From contig JYFJ02003334.1 of assembly GCA_000934665.2 (NCBI GenBank), positions 1 to 43,656 on the forward strand: a DNA stretch of 43,656 nt, written 5' to 3'. This document shows positions 33,626 through 43,656 of this stretch, piece after piece. Numbering within the stretch: the first letter of the stretch is position 1; each line of letters opens with the position of its first letter. The DNA comes from Catajapyx aquilonaris (taxonomy: Eukaryota). The notes below the pieces were generated by a model. It was not told the DNA's origin. It made no database searches and worked only from the letters and a program-made list of their open reading frames with translations. The translations under genes and the position numbers were made by a program.

Positions 33626-36429
33626 CGGCCTTCACCATGGCGACAGATTGAAGCGCGGCAGTTCTGGCTTTAAGTTTCCGTCAGAAGAACCGTGGCATTC
33701 CCCCCCTCCTCTTGGGTGGGGAGAAGCGGGGGATAGGGAGGAACCCTTACTGTGCTATATCGATCTGCTAAGGAGATGGAAGGAGAGGCATTAGGTACTG
33801 TATAAAGTGAATGGGGCTTGGAATAATGTTCACTCTGATGGAGAAACTAATTTTAGCTCAAGACGGGCGGTATCAGCCACTGTCGCATAAATCCAGTCGC
33901 AAAGTGACATAGGACCCGATTCTGTCTGCTCAGATATGAGGAAAGGGGGGGGGGGTGTCAATGGAAGCTTCAAAGAACGACTAATTAGTCAATATGTTAA
34001 TAACCGGAAGGGTGCCAGGTTACCTGTCTGTCTTTCACTTAACCTCAGACAATTGGGGGTGAGAATTTGCATGTGAGGGGGGGGGGACTAATTCGGATTA
34101 TGCGACATTTGGTAATTAGAGTACAGGTAATCGGTTCTCTCACGATCAGCTCACAGAGCACGATCGACAAGTTCAGACGGAAAAAAATTGCGAGCGTGTC
34201 TTTGACTCGAAACGAATTTCACACAAGTCATGTGGAGTTTCTGATAATGTCATCAGCAGAGTTTTGAAACTTCGACAAAGTTTAATACGGAACCGTATAT
34301 ACACATCAAAGGGATTCGTATAAAAAAAACAAGATTCAATTTTGGAAAACCAGACACTGCCGCCGTTCTAGAAATGGAATGTCCACCTTGTGAGGTAATC
34401 TCTTTGGACCGTTTATTGCTCCTTTTATAGTCGGGTCGATCCAGGTTGATTGGGGTAATGAAAATTCTTTTGTCAAGCTCTTCAACCTTAATTGTACACC
34501 CGTATCAAATCTGCGGTTTGCATTCACGTTATTCACTTTGCTGTGACAACTGATCCTACTCTTTGATAAGTCGCCCAAGACGCGATAAACCCTGTCGCGA
34601 CATACCCATAATGATGTCAACAATGCCTGAATATCAAAAAGTTGCAAATTGATGATGTTACAAGTTGATAATGTAATCAAGTGTATAAATGCTGAAAGCG
34701 GTGGGTTTCCAGGCTGCAGTAATAATAATGTCGTCGTTCCCGACATCATGTCATACTTACGAGACTAGAAAAGACCTTTATACTCCCCCCGAGGGGAGCA
34801 GAAATAAATTGACGGTGATAACTCTCGCGAGATTTGTGCAGTATACAGTATACGTTAGACCAACAGTTGTTTTCAAACCGCGGCCTTGTCAAAGGAATGT
34901 GACAAAAATATTGTGGTGTTTAGAAATATGACATATTTTAGCGGAAAAGTGAAATTATTTTGAGGGAACAGGTGTCACGGTGGGAATTAATGAATGAATG
35001 AGTGGTGAGTGAATGAATGAGCTGCGGGATCCTCCAAGCACAACTCCGGTTTGCATGGTTGGCTGAGCATCATATTATACCTGGTTGTAATCTCGAAACA
35101 ATGATATTTTTTATCAAAATACTCTTTTAAAGTCCTTATGATTATTTTATGAAACGAGTCATTGATGATAGCAATTAATTAATGCCCAGTACCAATAAGT
35201 CATTGCGAACTTTATTATTTATGGGTCTTTTAAAACTCTTTCTCCACTTGAACAGGCAACTGACCCATAACCATAATCTTTTCCATAAATTTTAGTAAAA
35301 TTGGCGGAAAATTTGGTTGGAAAATTTAACGAGCCAGAATTTTTTTTACTTCAGCTTTTTTGCACTTGAAAATCTTCATAAGACCGACTATTGAGTAATT
35401 TTATTGATAAAATAACATTTTAAATTTAAGTACCGCCTTTTTTATTCAACTGTGTCCTACTTACAAGAACTAAGAGTATACATTTTTATATCGCAATCAG
35501 TACTTCAAACATTTTTTTTTTCATGTGAAATAAATTTGGGAGAAGTGATCCTTTATATCGTGTATTCTATAACCTCTGACTTGCCTAATGCTGTGAGGTG
35601 CAGTACGTGATTGCAATAAAAAGGTGCAATCTCTGAACATTCCTCCACAAAAATTATGCGAGTCCAGAATCAACACTCTCACACCCCACAACTTGGCAGC
35701 CATTACGCCAGGTTACAAGGCGCTGACAACTCTCGAGGTCCATTCAGATTCAAATCACGAGTCACCTGGCGCGAATGTGCATCGCGTAGAAGCACTTGGT
35801 ACACCTCAAAGTACAAGGCAATAAAAGGAGGACCGCGAAGAATGCGGTTGTCGATTAGTGCAGTCAGCAGATATACGGAGTGCGATAAGACCTAGCCCGT
35901 CTGGTTAATGATACCTGGGTTATATGTGGGAGTGTGTGTGGATATATATTCAAACGTTTTTTTTTTTTCCACCATCAGCCAACAGTACAACAAAACAAGT
36001 CCTTGATTTTTTGAGCCCGTCCTTGACTGAGCGGCACAGGTGTTGTCGTACCTTGGCAGCTGCATCCGACGTAACACAACCGAACACCGGGGACTATTAA
36101 TGTCGTATAACCCGCAACATTGGACAGGAGGAGTAATAGCGATATTCTTGTGAAACGAATGAACCAAAAATATCACCGTGCCTTTTCCTAGGTCATCTTT
36201 GTATAGAAGAGGCTATTCCGGTCGGGGATTTTTGTCGCGTGCCCTCCCCTTGCCCCTCTCTGCCCCCCACTTCCTTATGGGCTGAGCTTCCGGTGGTGTC
36301 ATCACATCTGCCAGGGTTGGGCCTCGTACGGTGACCCATGCCGGGTGTCCTTTATTCATGGCATAAGTAGACATATTACAAGCCTGTACTTCTTACAGCG
36401 CAATTTTATGCCAGATTGTGCACCGAGAT

Positions 36430-36813
36430 TCAATTGGCTGAGAGGGTTGTTGTGGAACATCCTGATTGGTGCATCCTAACGACCCAAAGACCACGACCGT
36501 CCATATGACATATGCTTACAAAGACACCATCCAGCTCATCTCTACATTGTGTGTACTGCACACTCCCAAAGTGCCAGAAGAAGCTCCTGGGCAGGCAGGA
36601 AGGGCATGGCAATCTCCGGCATGAACCCCTAGGAGTGTTAATCAGAGCTGGAAGGAAGTCGAGCCCAGCAGCCTTCCCTTCTCCGTAAAGCCCGTAATTC
36701 TCGTAATGAAGTTGGGAGGAAGGTAAGAAGTTGGGAGGTGGAAAATGGCCGGAGGGGTACCCTCCATACAGGCGCATGTCGCATGCAAATCCTTTTGCTT
36801 TACCAGTACTCAT
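36430..36813 (-). CDS. Candidate small ORF (127 aa), unknown product; unvalidated
   Basis: True ATG start with G at -3. TATATAAG about 180 nt upstream (36999-36992) with no intervening ATG. AATAAA about 75 nt after the stop (36356-36351). Peptide has short Hox3 N-terminus-like words but no recognisable domain. Confidence 0.2.
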   Translation of the reverse strand: MSTGKAKGFACDMRLYGGYPSGHFPPPNFLPSSQLHYENYGLYGEGKAAGLDFLPALINTPRGSCRRLPCPSCLPRSFFWHFGSVQYTQCRDELDGVFVSICHMDGRGLWVVRMHQSGCSTTTLSAN

Positions 36814-39114
36814 AACCTGCTAATCGCCCCCCAAGTTTTCGTTCTGGACACACTGCCTTTACACTTGACTCCTGGCAACTCTGGGGAGGCTGCGTGTTTG
36901 GGAGAGGAAGTATAGTATTTCGAATCAATGCTCAAGACGGCCGGTTTGTATAAGGAAGGATATTGACCGAGCCGAGAGGGAAAGGGAGAGACTTATATAC
37001 TGTGATGTCTGCTCCAGTCTGCATCCCCAGACTCCAATATGAAAATCAATTTTGGGCGACAATATTTTAGACCTGGTGTGACCTAACGTATATAAAAAAG
37101 GCACATCCTTTTTTTGTTGTTTGTAGAGGGTTTGTACCCGGGCTTTCTAGTCCTAAGCCACCTATCGATTTTAGCCTGCACCAGCAGCCTTAATAGGTTA
37201 AATACGGTTGAAGATCTGAATCATTGCATAGCCTTCCGACACAGGTTTTATGAAGGGGTTTAGGCAAAAGGACTGTTCTTTGGGGAGGCACCACAAAAAA
37301 ATGAGAACAGGAATTACCCAGCGCGTGTTAGGCAGAACGAGAGATTTTTTCCAGCAGTCTTAACCACTGCTTGTCCCGCGGTATGCAATTAAATTCTTCT
37401 GCCGAGGCGGTGTTGCCACATAGAGACCTTTCCCTTGTAAGCATCAGGAAGGAACCTGCACCTCCTGCAATGTTTATTCCCCTTGACAAACTTGTCAAGG
37501 AGACCCTTTAGCCTTGCAAATGAAGACATTACCAAGGGGATGAACCCCCTCCTGTTTCCTATTACCAACCGCAAAATGCAGCAGCCACCATTTATAGCCG
37601 CCAGCTAGCTTTAAAGAACAACCGGTAAAGAAATTTCTTCGCGATAAGAGGATGTGGTGCACACCCCCCTGTTGCGATTACCAGTCTAACGGGTGTAATG
37701 GCAACGTTTCATATGTGGATGGTCTGAGCAAAAGGATCAAAATGTAGTTAAGTACAGGGGGTATGCACTGAAGAAACACGAACCTTTTAAGTAATCTTTA
37801 ATATTAATATCCTTCGTTGTATGACCAAGTCTTCTGATTTGCCCCCGTTCTGCTCCTGCGCAATGGGAGGAGGCAGTGCCTCTGGTGGATTGGAGGAGGA
37901 ACTAGCATTAATAGTTTAAAATGTACTTAATAATTTTCCCTCCTGAAATGCTGAGAATTGCATGCAACACAAATTTTCAATCATGGAATTGAGCCCGTTT
38001 GTGCTCAAATTCTTTAGAGATAAAAATAAGCGATGTTTACCTACCCCTCGTAGGAAGAAAAATACTGGCTTAAGAAAGACTTGATTGGGTTCCTTTAAAT
38101 GACTTGGCAAAGTGGGGTCGGATGAAGTGTAATCAAATACCTCCGGCAGTAGGCGGTTGTGGGCTATACAATTCGAGAGAATATTCCCAGGAAACTGCCA
38201 GGGTACTTCCATCCTCGTGTTGAATCAGAAACGTCATCTCCACTAATCTCCAGGCTTGAACAAAGTCGAGGGCCATTCACCCAGCAAAAGGCAAATATTC
38301 CTCCCCGTGACACATAATTGTAAGTAATCCGTGTGAAGCTCATCAGGCGAGAATTCCCCAAGTCTTCAACCTCTGTCGAGAAGGGAATATAGTCTTCTGG
38401 AAATCAGCTATGGAGAGAAAGGCTATACACTAAACATAGTAGTTCAAAAGGAACACCTTTTGGTATCATGTTGTTGCCTCTCATTTGATTTAAAAAATTC
38501 TAAGGCAGTAATTTTTGGCCATGAAATTTTATCACATTGTGCGAAAAATTATAGCTATTAAAAGTAACATGCTTATTTGAAAACCAGCTAAATTATGACT
38601 TTCTTACATGAGCCAACTGATAAATAAATCCGGTCGTATGCTTCGAGCAGTCGATTTTTTTTGACGCGTAACGTCAAGCGATTGTCGCCTTTTTTTCTCT
38701 CCCATGATCCGCGATATTGTCCCAGCGACTTGATCCCAGTTTTTTTTTTGAGCGGTCCGGAATATAAGTCCACACTCCGTCATATTTTGGCTGGGAGGGG
38801 TGCCCTCCATCCTTGTAAAAACCAATAGATGGGCCACTCGAGCCGTGTGAATGATATTGCGTCAGAGTTTTACAACCGGTTAGTGGGCTCCTTGGCCCTC
38901 GCCCCCGCGTCATATTGTGCGTGAAATGAAAAGGAGGCTTGTCAGTCCTCGACTAGCTGCCGGCGACGTGATTTATTGTCCCTGATAACACTTTTGTTGC
39001 AAGCAGATTTACTCGCGCGTCGTCATTTATCAGTGAGTTGCCTTTTGTTCATGTCTGATGACGAATTGTGTGGTTGTTAACACCAGCTCATACTGACAAG
39101 TATGTTACAGTAGC

Positions 39115-39183
39115 CAAGATGGCGGACCTCCATTAAATCTGATTGGCCGACACCCACTGGCATGGGGAATCCCCCTCTATATA
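39115..39183. promoter_or_regulatory. YY1/Pho + reverse CCAAT + kB-like + TATA-like motif cluster
   Basis: CAAGATGGCGG 39115-39125, CCATTAAA 39130-39137, CTGATTGG 39139-39146, GGGGAATCCCC 39164-39174, TATATA 39178-39183. Confidence 0.3.
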
Positions 39184-39755
39184 TTCCCGTCGCTTACAGT
39201 ATTTTGCGACCGTAATGTGCTGCAATTTGTCTGTAAATAAAGCATCCGCGGAATGACATACATTTCAGCAGGGCGTGAAACAATCCTCCATCTACTCCTG
39301 GACCTCTCCAAAAAAATGGAGGCAAGGGTGGGGAGATCCGAGTTTCAGAGGAGCTAGAGAGAGAGAGAGAAAAAAAAATGGTGCTGTTTCTGGATTCTGC
39401 TGCAGCCACATACAAGGCGTGATGTCAGGCCGGCGCGACATGGCGAAATGGTGCAAGTGATTTGCGAGCTCGGCGAGGCTCAATTTTCCTCCTCCTGGCG
39501 ACAGCTCGCATTTTTAGCCGAATGAAAAGGCAGCTAGCTATAGCTTAAGGCTTCCTCTCCGTTGATTCTTTTTTTCGTCTTTCTACAGACTCTCTCTGCA
39601 GCCAAGAAGGAAGTCCTCTCTGCCTCTTGACTTGTGGACGGATTAATTTCGCCACTCACTGGTTGGCAACCTAAGTCTGCATATTTTTAAGAGTTGGGGT
39701 AGCAATCTGGATAGAAAAACTAGGGTTATTTACATTCTTTTAAGTACAGTGTTGG

Positions 39756-39952
39756 ACATTAATCGTGTTATACTGCTAGCGACATTTTCCGATGCGGCAG
39801 CCGCGCGAGTAAGAAATGGTAGCCCTTGGGTGATGTCACTGGCTGGGGACAAGCCTTTTCTCCATTGCCCTCCAGCCGGTGACGTCACTCAAAGCCTACC
39901 TCTTCTTACTCGCATGGCAGTATGACGCATAGCAGTATGACGCGATTAATGT
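39756..39952. mobile_element. Foldback/MITE-like element, ~197-bp imperfect palindrome
   Basis: Outer arms ACATTAATCGTGTTATACTGCTA and TAGCAGTATGACGCGATTAATGT match at 21/23. Inner ~49-bp arms GCGAGTAAGAA...GTGATGTCACTGGCTGG and CCAGCCGGTGACGTCAC...TTCTTACTCGC also pair. Confidence 0.8.
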
Positions 39953-41334
39953 ACCTATAACGCTAGTAGTTTTTGGATAAACTTCGTGATATTTGTCCAT
40001 TCTTGGACACTAGCTCAAGTGTGGTTCCGTGCAACAGGCCCTAAAACCAACCCAAGCCCTCACCTGCCACATCTTGATTACAGCGTGCACTTCAGCACAT
40101 TAGGTTCTGCCTACGGTGTGTGTCCTTTGACACCCTCTCTGTCACCTTTTCTTTATTGAATCACTTTTCATGAGACTTTTGTCACGTGTTGGGGTGATGT
40201 ATCGAACAATCTGAAGCCCCTTTTAACGAGTGTGCTAGGGGATATTGGCGTGCCAGGCTTGGATAAGCAAACAAGTGGCTGAGACTCGGGACAGTCTTGT
40301 GCACGAGAGGATTGTACGCATTCATGTGTAATAAAAGGGATAAGTTGAAGTGTCAGCAAATGCGTGATGTATGAAGGACTGGAGCTGGGAACGTGAATGA
40401 CACATAACGAGCTAATCACCACGGAATAATACCGCACCAGGCTGCCTTTGACGCGCTTCCCTCCTGATTTTGACAAACCCGATGTTTACAATCACATGTC
40501 CCCGCAGTACAATTTGGCTTGCGACTGAGCTAAACTGGGTCTGAGGCAAGCGCCAAGTGCTCTCATAAAACAATGTGTTTACAGCTGGGAGCTTGACACG
40601 ATCACAAAGCCACTCCCCCATTTTGGGAGGTGTCATCACGAAGGTCGTGTCAGGGGCTGCCGTGGAAATGGCCCATGGTCTCGATTCCTATTAGGGGTCA
40701 CCAGTAAATAAGTAGCCAGGCCCGTCTCTGCTGTCTTTCCCGCTACCATAAATTGAATCACGCGCACTACACACGGGTTGGCTGTGGTTGCCACAAAACA
40801 ACAATAACAACAAAGGAGATGAAAAAAAAAACGGGTTAGAGAGCAACGGAGCGGAATGGCCAGGGTTGGATTGCAAAATGTTTGTCCGGCGGAAAAAGCG
40901 AAATTGTGTCGCTGTGATGCGTGTTTTAATGCTGTTAACACTGCAAGTGGAATTGAACAAGCACAGATTATCGACAGTTTGCAAGTGGACGTATTGATTA
41001 TCCCAACTGTTTTGCTCCTCGTAACAAGGGCCACTGTAATCGGGGATATTAATTGCTTTTATTTAGTGTAGTACACTGGCTGTGATGTATGCATTACACA
41101 CGACACTAGGGTAAGCGCGGATAATGAGAGAGAGCAAAAAGGAGAATGACCTTGCGTCGGACCGACAAACTCGATCGTATCCGACTAATGCTAAACAACT
41201 GTAATTATTCCAACCTCACTAACTGTACACTGCTGGCTAATGTCAAACACCAACATGCACTGAAAATTTTAATCACACTGTGCACCTGGGATATGAAATT
41301 ATTGACTCTTCTAAATAATTTTATTGACATCTCG

Positions 41335-41530
41335 CCAGGTTTATTTATTTATTTATTTATTTATTATTTGGTATTTTAGTTAATATTTTATCTATGTATT
41401 ATTTATTTGGTGTTTCATATCTTTATTTATTCAATTAACATTTAGTTTATTTAAATAGTATTTAATTATATTTTAAAATTTTGATTTACTATTTCATTTT
41501 AATTTTATTTATGCATATTTATGATACCAA
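41335..41530. repeat. AT-rich low-complexity tract with (TTTA)n
   Basis: TTTATTTATTTATTTATTTATTTA at about 41340-41363, followed by T-rich degenerate sequence. Confidence 0.85.
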
Positions 41531-43024
41531 ATTTATTGAAATTTCACCGTTAGAGGGCAAAATCATTTTTAGAGAGAACTGGCTTTATTTACTAATCAAA
41601 TATTTATTGCGCCTAGTGAATATTTTTATGAGGCGTACTTTTTTAAAAAAATGAAGTTGCTGGCATGGGACTGAATCTGGATTGGACCGCCATTTACTAG
41701 CCGGGCTAGAATTTAATTACTCGGCCCAGACGGTATAAAATATTAATGAAGCTTATTCCTCCAGGCTAATCCACACTTGCTGTAAGAGCGAGTGAATTTT
41801 TTAGTCATGAAGCTCGTCACCGGGCTTTGCTCATATAAGACCCCTATATTAGGCCTCGACTCCTGAGATCTTAATCTCAGGGCCACTCGGCGATTAGCAG
41901 GATTAAGCTATTGTGTACTTGCACTTCAAAAAGGTGAGAACGAATCCTGTGATTTTTTATCGAAACTGTTGGAGCTCAGCAATAATCTGAGTATAGTTTT
42001 AGGCTCAAGTTGAACAATATTGTCTGGCCATATTTTCATCACTAAATATTTTTTATGGCACATTTAATTTCTAGTAAGTGGTGCTATTTATTGGGAGGAA
42101 TGCAGTGTCTTCCTAATGCTGTTTGAGTTTGAGGGAAAATTTTTGCCTGAAATAATTTGATAATCCTAATGATAATCACTTTTGGTAATTTTTTGTGTTT
42201 TAGCGTTTGGAGCAAATCGTTCTTAGATACTCTGCTATTAGCTTACTGTATATGCGGTGAAGGCATAAGACGCAATTACTGCTCACAATTTACTGCCTGT
42301 TTGAGCGATTACCACGAGTGACGACACTACTTTCCACAGTCATCTCCCAAAGATATACAGCCATTAGACTCCACTTTGAACACTGCATTACTCATGTACA
42401 TTTTCACGCCTGGAAACATGAACGTAATAAATAAAGACCGAGCCAAAAGCATCGAGAAGCAAGAAAAACCTAACCGAAAAGGAAAGAAAGAAAAAAAAAA
42501 CTTGAAGAGATGAAGAAGGCGCGAATAAGGCTGGTCCTCATTATTCATCTGGCAGGCACGGAACACGCCACGTTATGATAGAAAGCATGAACGCGTTTTG
42601 GGGACTCTGGCGCCATGATTGATGAAGAGGAGAATCGGAGGCGTCCGCCATCTTTCCATGCATACGCATCATTTCTTAAAAAGGGGACGGCCGATCAATT
42701 AGCCAGACAAAAAGGCTTCCGAACCGAGAAGCCTTCCCGCCTCTCTAATAAATTTACCACCCTCACTCTTTTTTTTTAGTGAAAAACTTTTTTGGGGGGG
42801 AGAAAACCATCCTAGATTAGAATGCACATGCCGACACTTCGGTTTTCTATTCGATTTTGTGCAGTGTATTGCTCCAGGCGAATTAAGAAAACGCGAGCGA
42901 GATAATTAGGTTTTCGTTTGCTGCGGGCTGCGATTGTTGCAGAGATAAACTTTGCGCCTTTCTCCTCCAGTTCAATTGTAGTCATTTACCATAGACAAAC
43001 AGAGGTTTTGTTTTACTTTGTAGA

Positions 43025-43288
43025 GAGACGATAAATTGGTGGGACACGTCGAATTGTCATTTTGGGTCGAGATTTCTTGCATAATTGTTAAGGATATCCT
43101 AACGTTTCTGAAATGATGGTTGCATAACGCAAATTAAAGAAAATCTCTAATTGTCATAAGTAGCCACAATGTGAGACAATAAATTATCATTAGTTGGTTC
43201 GAGAGTTCTTGCACAATTATTAAGGACATCCAAACGTTTCTGAAACGCAAATTAAAGAAAATATCTCATTGTCATAAGTAGCCACAAT
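43025..43288. repeat. Diverged tandem duplication (about 148 bp + 116 bp)
   Basis: GAGAC(G/A)ATAAATT...TTCTTGCA...TTAAGGA...AACGTTTCTGAAA...AACGCAAATTAAAGAAAAT...ATTGTCATAAGTAGCCACAAT starts at 43025 and 43173. The second copy has two deletions. Confidence 0.9.
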
Positions 43289-43337
43289 ATTCAGATATTT
43301 ATCATAATTTAATAATTTGATACAACCAGCCCTTATA

Positions 43338-43379
43338 CAGGGTGACTCAAAAGTCTGCACACACTTTTTGGTTACCCTG
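43338..43379. mobile_element. Minimal 42-bp Tc1/mariner-type TIR pair
   Basis: TTATA-CAGGGTGACTCAAAAGT-ctgcacac-ACTTTTTGGTTACCCTG-TATAA: 17-bp arms matching at 14/17, with TA on both sides. Confidence 0.7.
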
Positions 43380-43656
43380 TATAATTCATACAATAATAAG
43401 CAGGTTGGAACAAAAAATTGCAAACATTTCAACTGGTACCCACTGTACACCTTGTACAAAATAATGTAAACGGCTAACCAGCTGGGAATGGGCTGCTGCA
43501 CCGGATTGTACATCAGATGTGATTACCGTTACCCCAAACCAAAATTGTTATTGACATCAGCACAGAGTTGTGGATTGGCTTATGAATGAACTAATGGACT
43601 TAGGCTAATCCTCTAGGGGATTATAAAAATTTATATCAGTTTCAACTCTCTCCCCC

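Noticed and set aside
1000..39174. kB/Dorsal-like sites at 1000, 11643, 21731 and 39164
   Set aside because: Widely scattered; a few matches to GGGRNNYYCC are expected by chance in 43 kb.
41809..41828. miR-993-like words GAAGCTCGTC and CCGGGCTTT
   Set aside because: Only 9-10 nt each, in the wrong order, and forming a 4-nt-loop mini-hairpin rather than a precursor.
1812..43381. miR-100 start (AACCCGTAG at 1812) and miR-10 start (TACCCTGTA at 43373)
   Set aside because: Matches end after 9 nt. The second is a MITE terminus, and neither has a precursor hairpin.

Overview
This is non-coding metazoan nuclear DNA. The species cannot be read from the sequence, although the repeat content looks invertebrate-like. 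I recognise no established protein-coding gene, rRNA, intact tRNA or CRISPR array, and nearly all ORF-track entries look like chance ORFs. What the sequence supports is mostly repeats: one tRNA-derived SINE, several TA-flanked CAGGGTG-type MITEs (222, 98 and 42 bp), other foldback or TIR elements, two dispersed repeat families that have each expanded locally into tandem arrays (73-bp and ~305-bp units), and microsatellites. Between these lie GC-richer blocks dense in Hox/Cdx/Pbx/Meis-type sites, with CTCF-like, YY1, RFX and nuclear-receptor motifs. By inference this resembles the regulatory desert of a developmental locus, possibly a Hox cluster, but no homeobox is visible. Three leads stand out. 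(1) A compact minus-strand candidate gene at 36430-36813 with TATA-like box, first-AUG 127-aa ORF and AATAAA, whose peptide has short Hox3 N-terminus-like words. (2) A Helitron/Helentron-like family carrying a CTCF-like core in six copies. (3) A 78-nt near-perfect hairpin at 33133-33210. All motif and family assignments are by eye or from memory and need checking.
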